Shown: positions 8,009 through 17,190, counted from the first letter of the stretch. The stretch: 32,000 bases of DNA from Flavobacteriaceae bacterium (GCA_965224465.1 OZ245049.1:1620001-1652000); one strand, 5' to 3'. Numbers and translations: made by a program. The notes: generated by a model not told the origin, from the letters alone.

Positions 8009-9475
8009 TCAGCTTACCTGAATATATAAATTTCTCATTTGAGTGGTAAATCCATTTTTCACGTGAACAAAGTATAATGTATTATTTTTATGAACTAGAA
8101 TATCACACAATTCGATATTATCTTCTAAAATTTTATCCAAAACTAAATAATTGTTTTGGTCATGACTTTTGTTATAAGTGTCTTCATCCCAATCTTTTTC
8201 CCATTGATTTAACGATATTCCTGAGAGTTCGTTCTGTTTATAAGTGTTTATTGCATCTTTATTTACTCTTTCTAAGAATTTATTTTCTAAATAATACCAT
8301 TTAGCATCAATCCTAAAATATTTTTTTGTCAGATAAGTTCTTTCACAGACTATATGAGAATAAAAATGACCAAAAGTCGAATCTTTTTCACTAATTACAC
8401 CAATTATATCTAAATCAAAAAGTTTTGATTTTATTTCAGTTTTATCCGTTATGCTCTTAAGACTGTTATATATATGTTTCGTGCATTCAAAGTACAAATC
8501 CTCTTTATCTGTAACAATCCTGTCATTTTTACTCCTAGTCTTTTTAAATCTAACTTTAAATTTATCACACTCATAGAATTTCTCTAACTTTTTCGGATTA
8601 ATGACCTCTATAATTCCTTGTTTAATTTTATATAATTCTTGAGGAGAATTATGTAATATTACATCAATTACTAATTCATCTTTAAGCCCATTATCTAACT
8701 CTGTTATTAAAGAACTATCGTCTATTTTTGAGAATAAAGTTAATTGAACATAATTTGACTTATCTGACCTAATTATTTGAATATCTTTAATTAATTCTTT
8801 AAGTTCTTCAAAATTTAATTTCTTTTTGAGAGCAAAGTATGAACCTATTTCCATTATTGATTTAACCTTGTCAAGGTCATATTTTTTGAAAATACCATTT
8901 TTTAGTTCTTCTCGAACTAATATCTTAAGTTTTTTCGGGATTTCAGAATATTCAAGAGATTCACTAATTCTTTGGTCATAGGTATAAGTATTATCCTTTT
9001 CCGAGATATTACTTGCAACACCTCTTGTTTGTACTTTAAGTAGTATATCTTCTTCAGGTTTTGCAAAATGCTGATAAAAATCAATACCAAAATTAGTATC
9101 AATAAATGCTTGAATAACATTAAAACCACTTCCTCCAACTGAGCAAAAAATATCGCCATTGTGTATCGAAAATAAAACAAAAGAGAATTCTACTATTTCA
9201 AAATTTTGATTTTCAATCAACTCATCAGGCAGAAATAATTCCCAGTAATCTTGTGTTTTAGGCTGATTGAAGCAATAAGTGTAAAATTCAAAATCTACTT
9301 CAGAAGAATGATTTAAGGATGGTTTGACAATATTAACATCTGTTTCTTCTGCGTATAAAGCCTTTTTATGATTGCCTCTTATATGCTCTATGATTTCTTT
9401 ATTGGTTTTACCTTTGAAGAAAAATAAGCTTTTGTCAATGAGAAAAATTTTTAAATTGAATCTTGTTTTATTCAT
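8009..9475 (-). pseudogene. N-terminal 487 codons of a TIGR04141/DUF6119-like protein, truncated by IS30 copy 1
   Basis: The ORF runs into the IS30 right end, and its last codon and its stop are IS-derived. The N-terminal LKIFLI.. segment and the C-terminal LYFVHVKNGFTTQMRNLYIQV segment resemble the family's conserved HVK...Q region. The family assignment is from memory, not from a search. Confidence 0.7.
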
Positions 9476-9697
9476 TGACGTGCTTTTTTTAATTACAGGT
9501 AACGTTTAGCTAAGCGCAGTACGGATTAGAAAGTACGGACTTTCAAGCTTGCACTTAGCCAAAGCTTTTTATTTTGTTTTATCTTTTTTATTGTAAAGCC
9601 AAATCAAAAGATTTGGCGGTCTTCGTTAAATGTACTGAACTTCGACATAAAAAACAAACCCGTATTGCGTTTAGGTACTGTTGTACAACGTATTACT

Positions 9698-10468
9698 CTA
9701 TAGGTCATTTACTAACAACTTAAATTCCTCAATTTTATAAAGTCCAGACTGTATAATTCGTTTATCAAATCCCATTTTGCGCGTTTCGATTTTTCTCTTT
9801 TCATATTCAACTTTATCCATTCTTGGGTCAAATACAATTTCATCAATTAATTCACTTGGATTTATATATAATTTAAAAACGTTTCCATTAGCATTTGGGT
9901 CTTGATTTCCATTATACATAAGCCTTACTTCGTTTTCGTGTCTAAATGCCCATCTTTTAAAATAAAAAGTGGATGCTTGTCCCCAACCACTTTGGTCATA
10001 AATTTTTCCACTCATCTTTTCTCTATCTGAAAGCATTTCTATTAAGGTTTTTTTGCCTTTATATTTTACTTTTCCAATAAAGGACTTTAAGTTGTACTCG
10101 TTTCCGTTCATTTTGTTATGAACACCACCTAATTCAAATAATGGGTTGAACAATTTTCGTAATGTAGTTTTTACTTTTACGCCATTTTTTTCTGGCGAGT
10201 AAATTCTCCACATAGCATCACTTTCTTTTGTGAGTGACCAACATTGTCCATAGAAACTATCTCTATTTCCAATAGTGAATTCTCGTCCGTCAGGCAATGT
10301 TCCTGTTGAATTCAATATGAAATTTTCAAAAGGGTCTTCCCAAAGCCTCGGTTTAACTAAAGCTAGTTTCTTTTCTTGAAAAAGTTCTTGTAATCTCGAA
10401 AAGCTAAAAATTCGATAAACATTTTTATCAAGTTCTTCATCTGTCAGAAATATTAAATTGTCATTCAT
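9698..10468 (-). CDS. DUF2971-family protein
   Basis: 256 aa. VYRIFSFSRLQELF..., EDPFE, YGQCWSLTKESDAMWRIYSPEKNGVKV and KRWAFRHENEVRL match the pattern I recall for DUF2971 (acidic-Pro-Phe-Glu box, MW..Y box, E.E.R box). Confidence 0.6.
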   Translation of the reverse strand: MNDNLIFLTDEELDKNVYRIFSFSRLQELFQEKKLALVKPRLWEDPFENFILNSTGTLPDGREFTIGNRDSFYGQCWSLTKESDAMWRIYSPEKNGVKVKTTLRKLFNPLFELGGVHNKMNGNEYNLKSFIGKVKYKGKKTLIEMLSDREKMSGKIYDQSGWGQASTFYFKRWAFRHENEVRLMYNGNQDPNANGNVFKLYINPSELIDEIVFDPRMDKVEYEKRKIETRKMGFDKRIIQSGLYKIEEFKLLVNDL

Positions 10469-10853
10469 TGGTTTTTTTCAGGTATGTTGTACAACACCCC
10501 TACATCCACAATAACAAGCCAAAACTTGACGTTATTTCCGTAATAGCTACAATAGCGGTGTGCTTACTTTTATTTTTAAATCCGCTATATATGGAATACA
10601 GCGTTCTTCAAATATACAAAAGACATCCTTTCAGCACACTACCCTTTTAATAATTTTTTAGAAAAGTTTTCAAGCATTAACTTCTGTTTTTCAGAACCTC
10701 AACAAGAGTACTAGTTCTTAGCCTAAACGTGGTGTTTTAAGATTAGATAGCATCGTTATTTTCAGGGGGAACAATTAGGCGTATTTAGTAGTTCTCAAGC
10801 GTTTACACCAATTACTTTTCCATATTCAACGTTGCTTGTATTTATTTAAGGTC

Positions 10854-10893
10854 AAAAAAAAAGCCCTTGAACGTATTGTCCAAGGGCTTTTTT
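10854..10893. terminator. Bidirectional Rho-independent terminator-like hairpin
   Basis: AAGCCCTTG-N11-CAAGGGCTT flanked by an A9 run upstream and a T6 run downstream. On the minus strand it lies about 108 nt after the GH20 remnant. Confidence 0.6.
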
Positions 10894-11001
10894 ACAGTCA
10901 ATAACCACGGGCAAGCCCACGAGGCATGAAAAAGAAAAAACCTTAATTATTTCGATGCAAGCATCGGGGAATTAAACCTACTGGTGGGATTAAAAATGAA
11001 T

Positions 11002-11221
11002 TTATTTTTCTTCAAACGTATGCGTTGCATAGTCCAACCTCAAGGCAACGTACATTTCTATTAAAGACAGTAGACGTTCACTAAAATTGTTCCAATATTT
11101 CCCATTTCCAGGCGACCAAACAACTTCTGACAAGGCAGACATACGCGGTAAAATCATATATTCTACATCATCTGTAGTTGCCATATATTCAGCCCATACA
11201 TTTGATTGAGCCCCTAAGATC
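11002..11221 (-). pseudogene. C-terminal remnant of a GH20 beta-N-acetylhexosaminidase
   Basis: The minus-strand frame reads ILGAQSNVWAEYMATTDDVEYMILPRMSALSEVVWSP..., which is the conserved C-terminal end of the GH20 catalytic domain. No upstream part of the gene is present. Confidence 0.6.
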
Positions 11222-12191
11222 TATTTTTGATCCGTTGGTATTACTACTTAGAATCAAAAGGATCAAGAAAAAATGTAAAAATGCATGTCTGATTTTACGA
11301 ACTAAAAAAACCACCTATTTTCATAGGTGGATATTCACTTATTTTAAGACCAATTAAAATAATAAACGGACCAATTATTAATTAAAATATCCGTTTTTTG
11401 TTGATATCGTTGTCTCTAAGCTTACAAAATGTTCAAACACATTTACGAAACCTTAAAAACCATATACAGAACCTCAACTTTTTAAAAAAAACTAACGCTG
11501 TATCGTATACATAACTACTTAAACCCATATTTAGTATTTGTATGCTCTAAATGCAAAAAGACTAAAACCACTCACTCGATTCTAATTTCAGAAAAATAAT
11601 TTAAACACATCTACAATACCTATTCTTGACACCTGCTTTTTTACAACATCATCTTTAAAACAAATACTATAGGGAAAGAAGAATTAAGGGAAAGGGATAC
11701 CTATTAACAATAGTGTTTACATACACTTTGTTTGAAGAGAAAATTTAAAAAAAATGACCTGCAGGTCTGGAAAATCGGGAAAATTAATTTATATCTTTAG
11801 TTCTAATTATACAGATGAATCAGCTGCTATTACAACCTATTATTTTAAAATTTAATGTCAAATTAATATTTAATTTTGACACTGCAAAAATACAACGAAA
11901 AAACAAATAACACAAGTTAATTTCACCATTTAATTAAAAAAACAAGCCGTTTGTACAATAAAACAAGCACTCAAACGATTGAGTAAGGCTAAAAAAAAAT
12001 GAGTTATAATTGAAATTCAAGCCCTCAATTCTTAATTATCTAAAAAAAGAAGTGAACCACAACAAGAAAAGCACTTTTTTAACAGGAATTCGAACACTTT
12101 CAAATTATCCCCTAGCAAACGAAACACACAAATAACAGGTCTTTTTAACGATACTTACTAATAAATTGTATTTTTGAATAAAAAAGACACT

Positions 12192-12737
12192 ATGAAAAGT
12201 ATACTTACAAGCCTCGCTATGTTCTTCTGTGCCTCCATTTCTTTTGCACAAAGCAATTCTGATTATCTAAAAATAATCATAGATGGAAAACCTGCATTTA
12301 TGCATGTAACTACAGGAATGGTGACCTACAATTTAGAAACCCATCCTAAAGACAGTGCAATTCATCAAAAAAGCAGCAATCAAGATCCAAGATTAAATGC
12401 CGATAAATTTCACCGTGTTGAACCTGGAGACACCTATTATGGTATTTCAAAAAAACATGGTATTTCTTTAGATCAATTATTAGATTGGAATCAAACATCT
12501 TTAAACACCGTATTATCTGTAGGGAAAATATTAAAAACGTCTCCAACAGTACCCTTCTCATCTATTACAAATACATACAGTCCCAACAGCATCAAAGAAA
12601 AAACACATACTGTGTTAAAGGGCGAAACTTTATATAATATTTCAAAAAGATACGGATTAACCATTCAGCAGTTAAAGTCAAAAAACAATTTAAAAGAAAC
12701 TTTAATTTCAATTGGTCAGACCTTATATATTGACTAA
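12192..12737 (+). CDS. Secreted protein with two LysM domains
   Basis: Signal peptide MKSILTSLAMFFCASISFAQ and two LysM repeats (HRVEPGDTYYGISKKHGISLDQLLDWN..., HTVLKGETLYNISKRYGLTIQQLKSKN...). I prefer ATG 12192 to the upstream TTG 12174 of the ORF track. Confidence 0.85.
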   Translation: MKSILTSLAMFFCASISFAQSNSDYLKIIIDGKPAFMHVTTGMVTYNLETHPKDSAIHQKSSNQDPRLNADKFHRVEPGDTYYGISKKHGISLDQLLDWNQTSLNTVLSVGKILKTSPTVPFSSITNTYSPNSIKEKTHTVLKGETLYNISKRYGLTIQQLKSKNNLKETLISIGQTLYID

Positions 12738-12752
12738 TATTTAAAAACAAGT

Positions 12753-12792
12753 ATCTCCCAAGAGCACTAAGTCTGCTTGGGAGATTTTTTTT
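12753..12792 (+). terminator. Rho-independent terminator of the LysM gene
   Basis: ATCTCCCAAG-N13-CTTGGGAGAT followed by a T8 run. Confidence 0.75.
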
Positions 12793-12830
12793 GACACTGT
12801 TTTTAAGTGAATCTATCAGAATTGACCATT

Positions 12831-13436
12831 GCACCAATTACAATCCCAAATGACAGATATAAATAGTTTATTTTATGTTCTAGCGTTGTTGAAAAATAGA
12901 ACGATAGCGAAGGCTATCCTTCCATTTTTCGCCTAGCTAGAATAAAAAATAATTCTAATTCTAAACCGTCACTTGAAAATGTAGTTGGTGCTGCACCATT
13001 ACAATCCCAAATGACAGATATAAATAGTTTATTTTATGTTCTAGCGTTGTTGAAAAATAGAACGATAGCGAAGGCTATCCTTCCATTTTCCGCCTAGCTA
13101 TAATAAAAAATAATTCTAATTCTAAACCGTCACTTGAAAATGTAGTTGGTGCTGCACCATTACAATCCCAAATGACAGATATAAATAGGTTATTTTATGT
13201 TCTAGCGTTGTTGAAAAATAGAACGATAGCGAAGGCTATCCTTCCATTTTCCGCCTAGCTATAATAAAAAATAATTCTAATTCTAAACCGTCACTTGAAA
13301 ATGTAGTTGGTGCTGCACCATTACAATCCCAAATGACAGATATAAATAGTTTATTTTATGTTCTAGCGTTGTTGAAAAATAGAACGATAGCGAAGGCTAT
13401 CCTTCCATTTCCCGCCTAGCTAGAATAAAAAATAAT
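12831..13436. repeat. Tandem array of a 161-bp non-coding unit (about 3.8 units); the fourth unit is interrupted by IS1595
   Basis: The marker CTGCACCAT recurs at 12991, 13152 and 13313, giving a 161-bp period. Units are nearly identical, and no ORF of 60 aa or more lies on either strand. Confidence 0.9.
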
Positions 13437-14424
13437 AGGGTTACCTATTTAAATCTCACTAATATTTTGTTTTTCTGAAAGGATTTTTTACTTTTAGAAA
13501 AAGAAAGCTATGAAAATATTAAAAGAATTATCTCGTAAAGAATTTCACACTAAGTTTGGAGAAGAGAGTTTATGTTTATCTTTTTTATCATCTGTAAAAT
13601 GGGAAGAAGGTTTTTCCTGTTTTAAATGTAAAAACACAAAGTTTTTAAAAGGAAAAAGAGCGTATAATAGACGTTGTACAAAATGCGGATATGATGAGTC
13701 TCCAACTGCGAACACTCTATTTCATAAAGTTAAATTTGGTATTGTAGAAGCCTTTGAAATGACTTATGATATAGTTACCAGTAAGAAAGGAGCGAATAGT
13801 ATTTGGTTAGCAGAAAGGCACGGTGTTAAACAGATGACAGCTTGGTTGTTTAGAAGAAAAGTACAAGAAGCAATGAAAAGTAGTGAGAAATATCCTTTAG
13901 AAAAAGAAGTTCATGTAGACGAGTTTGAAATAGGTACACCAAAAAAAGGAGAGCAAGGACGTAGTAAATCAGCTACTAAAATTAGAGTTGTAATTGCCAT
14001 TGAAAATAGAAATGGTAAACCAGGCAGAGCATACGCAAAGGTGATAGAAGATTATAGTTGCAAATCATTAAAACCAATATTTGAGAAACATATAAAGTTT
14101 GATGCCAATATAGTTACAGATGGCTGGTCAGGATATAAACCTTTAAAAAAGAACTTCCCAAATTTAACACAAATATTATCTAATAATGGTGAGAATTTTA
14201 AGATGCTACATTTTCAGATAAGAAACTTTAAAAATTGGTTAAGAGGCGTTCATTCGTATTGTGAGAAAGAGTATATAAATCAATACATTCAAGAGTATTT
14301 CTATCGATTTAATCGACTCAATTTTAGAGAAAACATCTTAGAAAACCTACTAAAAAGAATGTGTAAAGAAAAACCAATAACCTATAAATCAATCAAATAT
14401 ATTGCGACTTAAGAGGGTAACCCT
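13437..14424 (+). mobile_element. IS1595-family insertion sequence (988 bp)
   Basis: Ends AGGGTTACC (13437) and GGTAACCCT (ending 14424). The direct repeat AAAAAATAAT sits at 13427-13436 and 14425-14434, and this sequence occurs only once in uninterrupted repeat units. Confidence 0.85.
13510..14412 (+). CDS. IS1595-family transposase (N-terminal zinc ribbon plus ISXO2-like DDE domain)
   Basis: CxxC...CxxC zinc ribbon (CFKCKNTKF...RRCTKCGYDES) followed by VHVDEFEIG...IVTDGWSGY, typical of IS1595/ISXO2-like transposases. 300 aa. Confidence 0.9.
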   Translation: MKILKELSRKEFHTKFGEESLCLSFLSSVKWEEGFSCFKCKNTKFLKGKRAYNRRCTKCGYDESPTANTLFHKVKFGIVEAFEMTYDIVTSKKGANSIWLAERHGVKQMTAWLFRRKVQEAMKSSEKYPLEKEVHVDEFEIGTPKKGEQGRSKSATKIRVVIAIENRNGKPGRAYAKVIEDYSCKSLKPIFEKHIKFDANIVTDGWSGYKPLKKNFPNLTQILSNNGENFKMLHFQIRNFKNWLRGVHSYCEKEYINQYIQEYFYRFNRLNFRENILENLLKRMCKEKPITYKSIKYIAT

Positions 14425-14527
14425 AAAAAATAATTCTAATTCTAAACCGTCACTTGAAAATTTAATTGGTAGAATAAAAAATAATTCCTTTTCTAAAACG
14501 TGACTTGGAAATGTAGTTGGTGTTACA
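14425..14527. repeat. Remainder of repeat unit 4 (tail) plus a tail-only partial unit
   Basis: AAAAAATAATTCTAATTCTAAACCGTCACTTGAAAATTTAATTGGT is followed by AGAATAAAAAATAATTCCTTTTCTAAAACGTGACTTGGAAATGTAGTTGGTGTTACA. The last bases overlap the stop codon (14523-14525) of the convergent gene. Confidence 0.8.
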
Positions 14528-16103
14528 ATAAATCTCCACAAACTTTAACTTTCAATTTCAGAGCTCCAGGCAGGTACGCCAATGGGGAGGATTCTTTAAT
14601 CAATACTTGAATACTCTCGGGCACCGCTCCTTGATCTATTAAGTACTGAGTAGTTTTTGCTTGTAAAGTATCCATTCCACTTTGTTCATTTTGAGAAGAA
14701 GTATGTATTACAATTTCTTCTGTACTACTAATTTGAGCAATACAAGCTCCAAAGGCATTTGCAACCTCCATATGTTCTAAAAACAATACTTCTGATGCTC
14801 CCAAAATATTCTTTGGCAAAAGAAAAGCTCCTCCTCCACAAGCGATTACAGGAATATCTACCGCTTCTGTTTTTAACTTATCAACTAATTTTTCTATCTC
14901 CGATTGGAGTATTAATTTTACATGTTGTAATGCATCAGCATAGGAAACAGGCGTTATTTGATCAATCTTTTCTTTTAAAGTTGTCTGATCTAGAGCATTC
15001 CCTATAACTAACTGACCTTCCGCAATAAAAAAATCAGAAAGCGTCAATGTATCACCTCCAAAAGCAAGTGCTTGTTTCTTAAGTCTATAACCAACCGAAT
15101 CTGGTCCTAAAGTACAAACACCATTTACAAATCGGACAAAAGTACCACCACCTATACCTACGGAGACTACATCAGGCATTCTAAAATTGGTCAATACACC
15201 ACCAATCTGAGATGGCTTGGTACTTTCCCTTGGAAAAAACTGAACCAACACACCCCCATCAGAAGTGGTTCCACCAACATCTATTACAATTCCATTTGCA
15301 ACTTTAGACAAAGCTCCTGCACCACGTATGCTATTTGTGGGACCCGAAGAAATAGTAAGTACTGGAAAATCTTGAGCTTGTTTTAAAGACATTAACGTCC
15401 CATCATTCTGCCCTATAAATAATTGAGCATTCAAGCCTAAACACGCCACTGTTTCTTTAAACGCCTTTACCATTTTGGTTGCCACTCCTTGAAGTGATGC
15501 ATTTAAAATGGTTGCATTTTCACGTTCTAACAATCCCAATCCCCCTATTTGATAAGAACAACTTATTTTTACTTGCTCTCCTAAAATTTCTTGTGCCCAT
15601 GCTGCAACTTGTAGTTCTTGATCAGGGCAAATTTTAGAAAAAACCCCTGTGATCGCAAGGGAATCTATGTGTCCTTTCATTTTAAGTAAACAAGCCACGA
15701 CTTCCTCTTTATCAAGAGTACTTATTGGATCCCCATCAAACTCATAGCCTCCATGTACCATATACAAACGACCTCCAAGTAATTGCTTCAAGTCCTCAGG
15801 GAAATCACACATCATTGAAACAGCGCTACTTGCTGGTAAACAAATTCGCAATGCACCAATAGCATTCAATTCTTTGCGTTCCACCAATGCGTTTGTACAA
15901 TGGGTAGTCCCTAACATAATGTATTTTACACTTTCTTTAGGTATCTTTGTTTTTCTTAGAATATATTGAATCGCATTTTGAATACCAGTACTCACATCTA
16001 ATGTAGTTTCTTTTTTAACTTTTGCAATAATCTTATTGTTTTGATTTACTAACACGGCATCTGTATTTGTTCCTCCTACATCGATTCCTATTTTATAATA
16101 CAT
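14523..16103 (-). CDS. Hydantoinase/oxoprolinase-family protein (HyuA-like, the type usually paired with DUF917)
   Basis: The N-terminal IGIDVGGTNTDAVLV ATPase (ASKHA-type) motif and a second DVGGTTSD motif. 526 aa. The start overlaps the upstream DUF917 gene by 11 nt. Confidence 0.8.
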   Translation of the reverse strand: MYYKIGIDVGGTNTDAVLVNQNNKIIAKVKKETTLDVSTGIQNAIQYILRKTKIPKESVKYIMLGTTHCTNALVERKELNAIGALRICLPASSAVSMMCDFPEDLKQLLGGRLYMVHGGYEFDGDPISTLDKEEVVACLLKMKGHIDSLAITGVFSKICPDQELQVAAWAQEILGEQVKISCSYQIGGLGLLERENATILNASLQGVATKMVKAFKETVACLGLNAQLFIGQNDGTLMSLKQAQDFPVLTISSGPTNSIRGAGALSKVANGIVIDVGGTTSDGGVLVQFFPRESTKPSQIGGVLTNFRMPDVVSVGIGGGTFVRFVNGVCTLGPDSVGYRLKKQALAFGGDTLTLSDFFIAEGQLVIGNALDQTTLKEKIDQITPVSYADALQHVKLILQSEIEKLVDKLKTEAVDIPVIACGGGAFLLPKNILGASEVLFLEHMEVANAFGACIAQISSTEEIVIHTSSQNEQSGMDTLQAKTTQYLIDQGAVPESIQVLIKESSPLAYLPGALKLKVKVCGDLL

Positions 16104-17190
16104 GGTGCGTTTTTTTATTTAACAATTCAATAGGTACATAATCTTCTTTATAGCCAAACTTCTGAGGACCTCCCAAGGCTATACCTTCTGGGGTTCTCCA
16201 CTGTTGATCTGATTTCATTCCCAAAACAACAACTCGAGTTCCATAAGCAATGGTTTCGGCTGTAATAGGCAACCCGTTTTCAGCATCAATCAAAACAATT
16301 AAATCGGGAGTGATTGCTACAGGTATCCCATTTTTTTTCGCCATTAGAAACTCGTTTTGAAAATCCATAGTTAGTTGACTCCCATCATCCGTGCCCAATC
16401 CAGTAATTTCACAAGTCCCTTTATTCCAACGCCCATCAATTTTTATGGACACCTTACTTACTTTACCCGTAAATAATTCAATAGCGTCCGCCGCTTTTAT
16501 AAGGGCTTCAACAGGATTCTCTCCTTTTGATTTTGCATTCAAAACAGCATTTCCTAAATTTTGAGCGAATGTCACGACTCCTTTTACCGCAGCTTTTTTT
16601 ACTTCTTTTCCTGTCATCGGGTAACACCCCAAGGCACAACTACCACCCATTTTAATTGCCGTAGCCCCCACAAGAGTTTCTCCCCATACATTATCTATCG
16701 TATCATATATATTTTTATTCCCTTTTTCATCTGCTTGAGTAATGGGAGATGCGGAAATACCGTGCAAGGTAAATGTCACCATTTCTAACCTTGGAAACGC
16801 CCGTCCCATTCCGTCTGCGTCTAACAAAGGAATTCTTTTTTCTGCTGCAAGCCCAAAGGGTATCACTCCATTGATGCCTCCTGCTTCGATAGGTATCAAT
16901 GCATCTATTTTTTTATTAAGGTACTTTTCCATCATCTCAAAAGCATTTAAAAATTCAATACCAGAAAAAAGTTTTTCTAGCAAAATCATTGGAGCACCAA
17001 AGGCAGCAATCGCAACAATTAAAGCATCATCATCCAACTCATCTGTTGTTATCAACCGAACATCTCCATACGTTTCAATCGCGTGTTTGGCTACTAATTT
17101 ACCCACATAAGGATCGCCACCACCTCCAGTCCCCAATATTGTAGCTCCCAAAGAAATGGCATCTAAATCTTGTTTTTTAATTCGTCTCAT
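16093..17190 (-). CDS. DUF917-family protein
   Basis: The N-terminal LGATILGTGGGGDPYVGKL motif is characteristic of DUF917. 365 aa. The start overlaps the upstream permease gene by 14 nt. Confidence 0.8.
   Translation of the reverse strand: MRRIKKQDLDAISLGATILGTGGGGDPYVGKLVAKHAIETYGDVRLITTDELDDDALIVAIAAFGAPMILLEKLFSGIEFLNAFEMMEKYLNKKIDALIPIEAGGINGVIPFGLAAEKRIPLLDADGMGRAFPRLEMVTFTLHGISASPITQADEKGNKNIYDTIDNVWGETLVGATAIKMGGSCALGCYPMTGKEVKKAAVKGVVTFAQNLGNAVLNAKSKGENPVEALIKAADAIELFTGKVSKVSIKIDGRWNKGTCEITGLGTDDGSQLTMDFQNEFLMAKKNGIPVAITPDLIVLIDAENGLPITAETIAYGTRVVVLGMKSDQQWRTPEGIALGGPQKFGYKEDYVPIELLNKKTHHVL

Larger units (their letters stand above)
5651..8013 (+). mobile_element. IS30-family element, copy 1 (1126 bp of its own sequence) carrying a nested ISAs1-family element
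   Basis: The left end ACTTAAATTCAACTAATAAACGCAACTTTT and the right end AAAAGTTGCGTTTGTGACTTGAATTCAGC are imperfect inverted repeats. Boundaries come from comparison with copy 2 at 29264-31969. A 2-bp TT direct repeat sits at 5649-5650 and 8014-8015. Confidence 0.85.

Noticed and set aside
10468-10650. 60-aa plus-strand ORF upstream of the DUF2971 gene
   Set aside because: It lies in the promoter region of the divergent gene, is hydrophobic and low-complexity, and is at the minimum length for the track. It is probably spurious.
12831-14527. The 161-bp periodic repeats could be a CRISPR array
   Set aside because: The whole 161-bp unit is conserved, so there are no variable spacers. The period is far larger than repeat plus spacer, and no cas genes are in the window.
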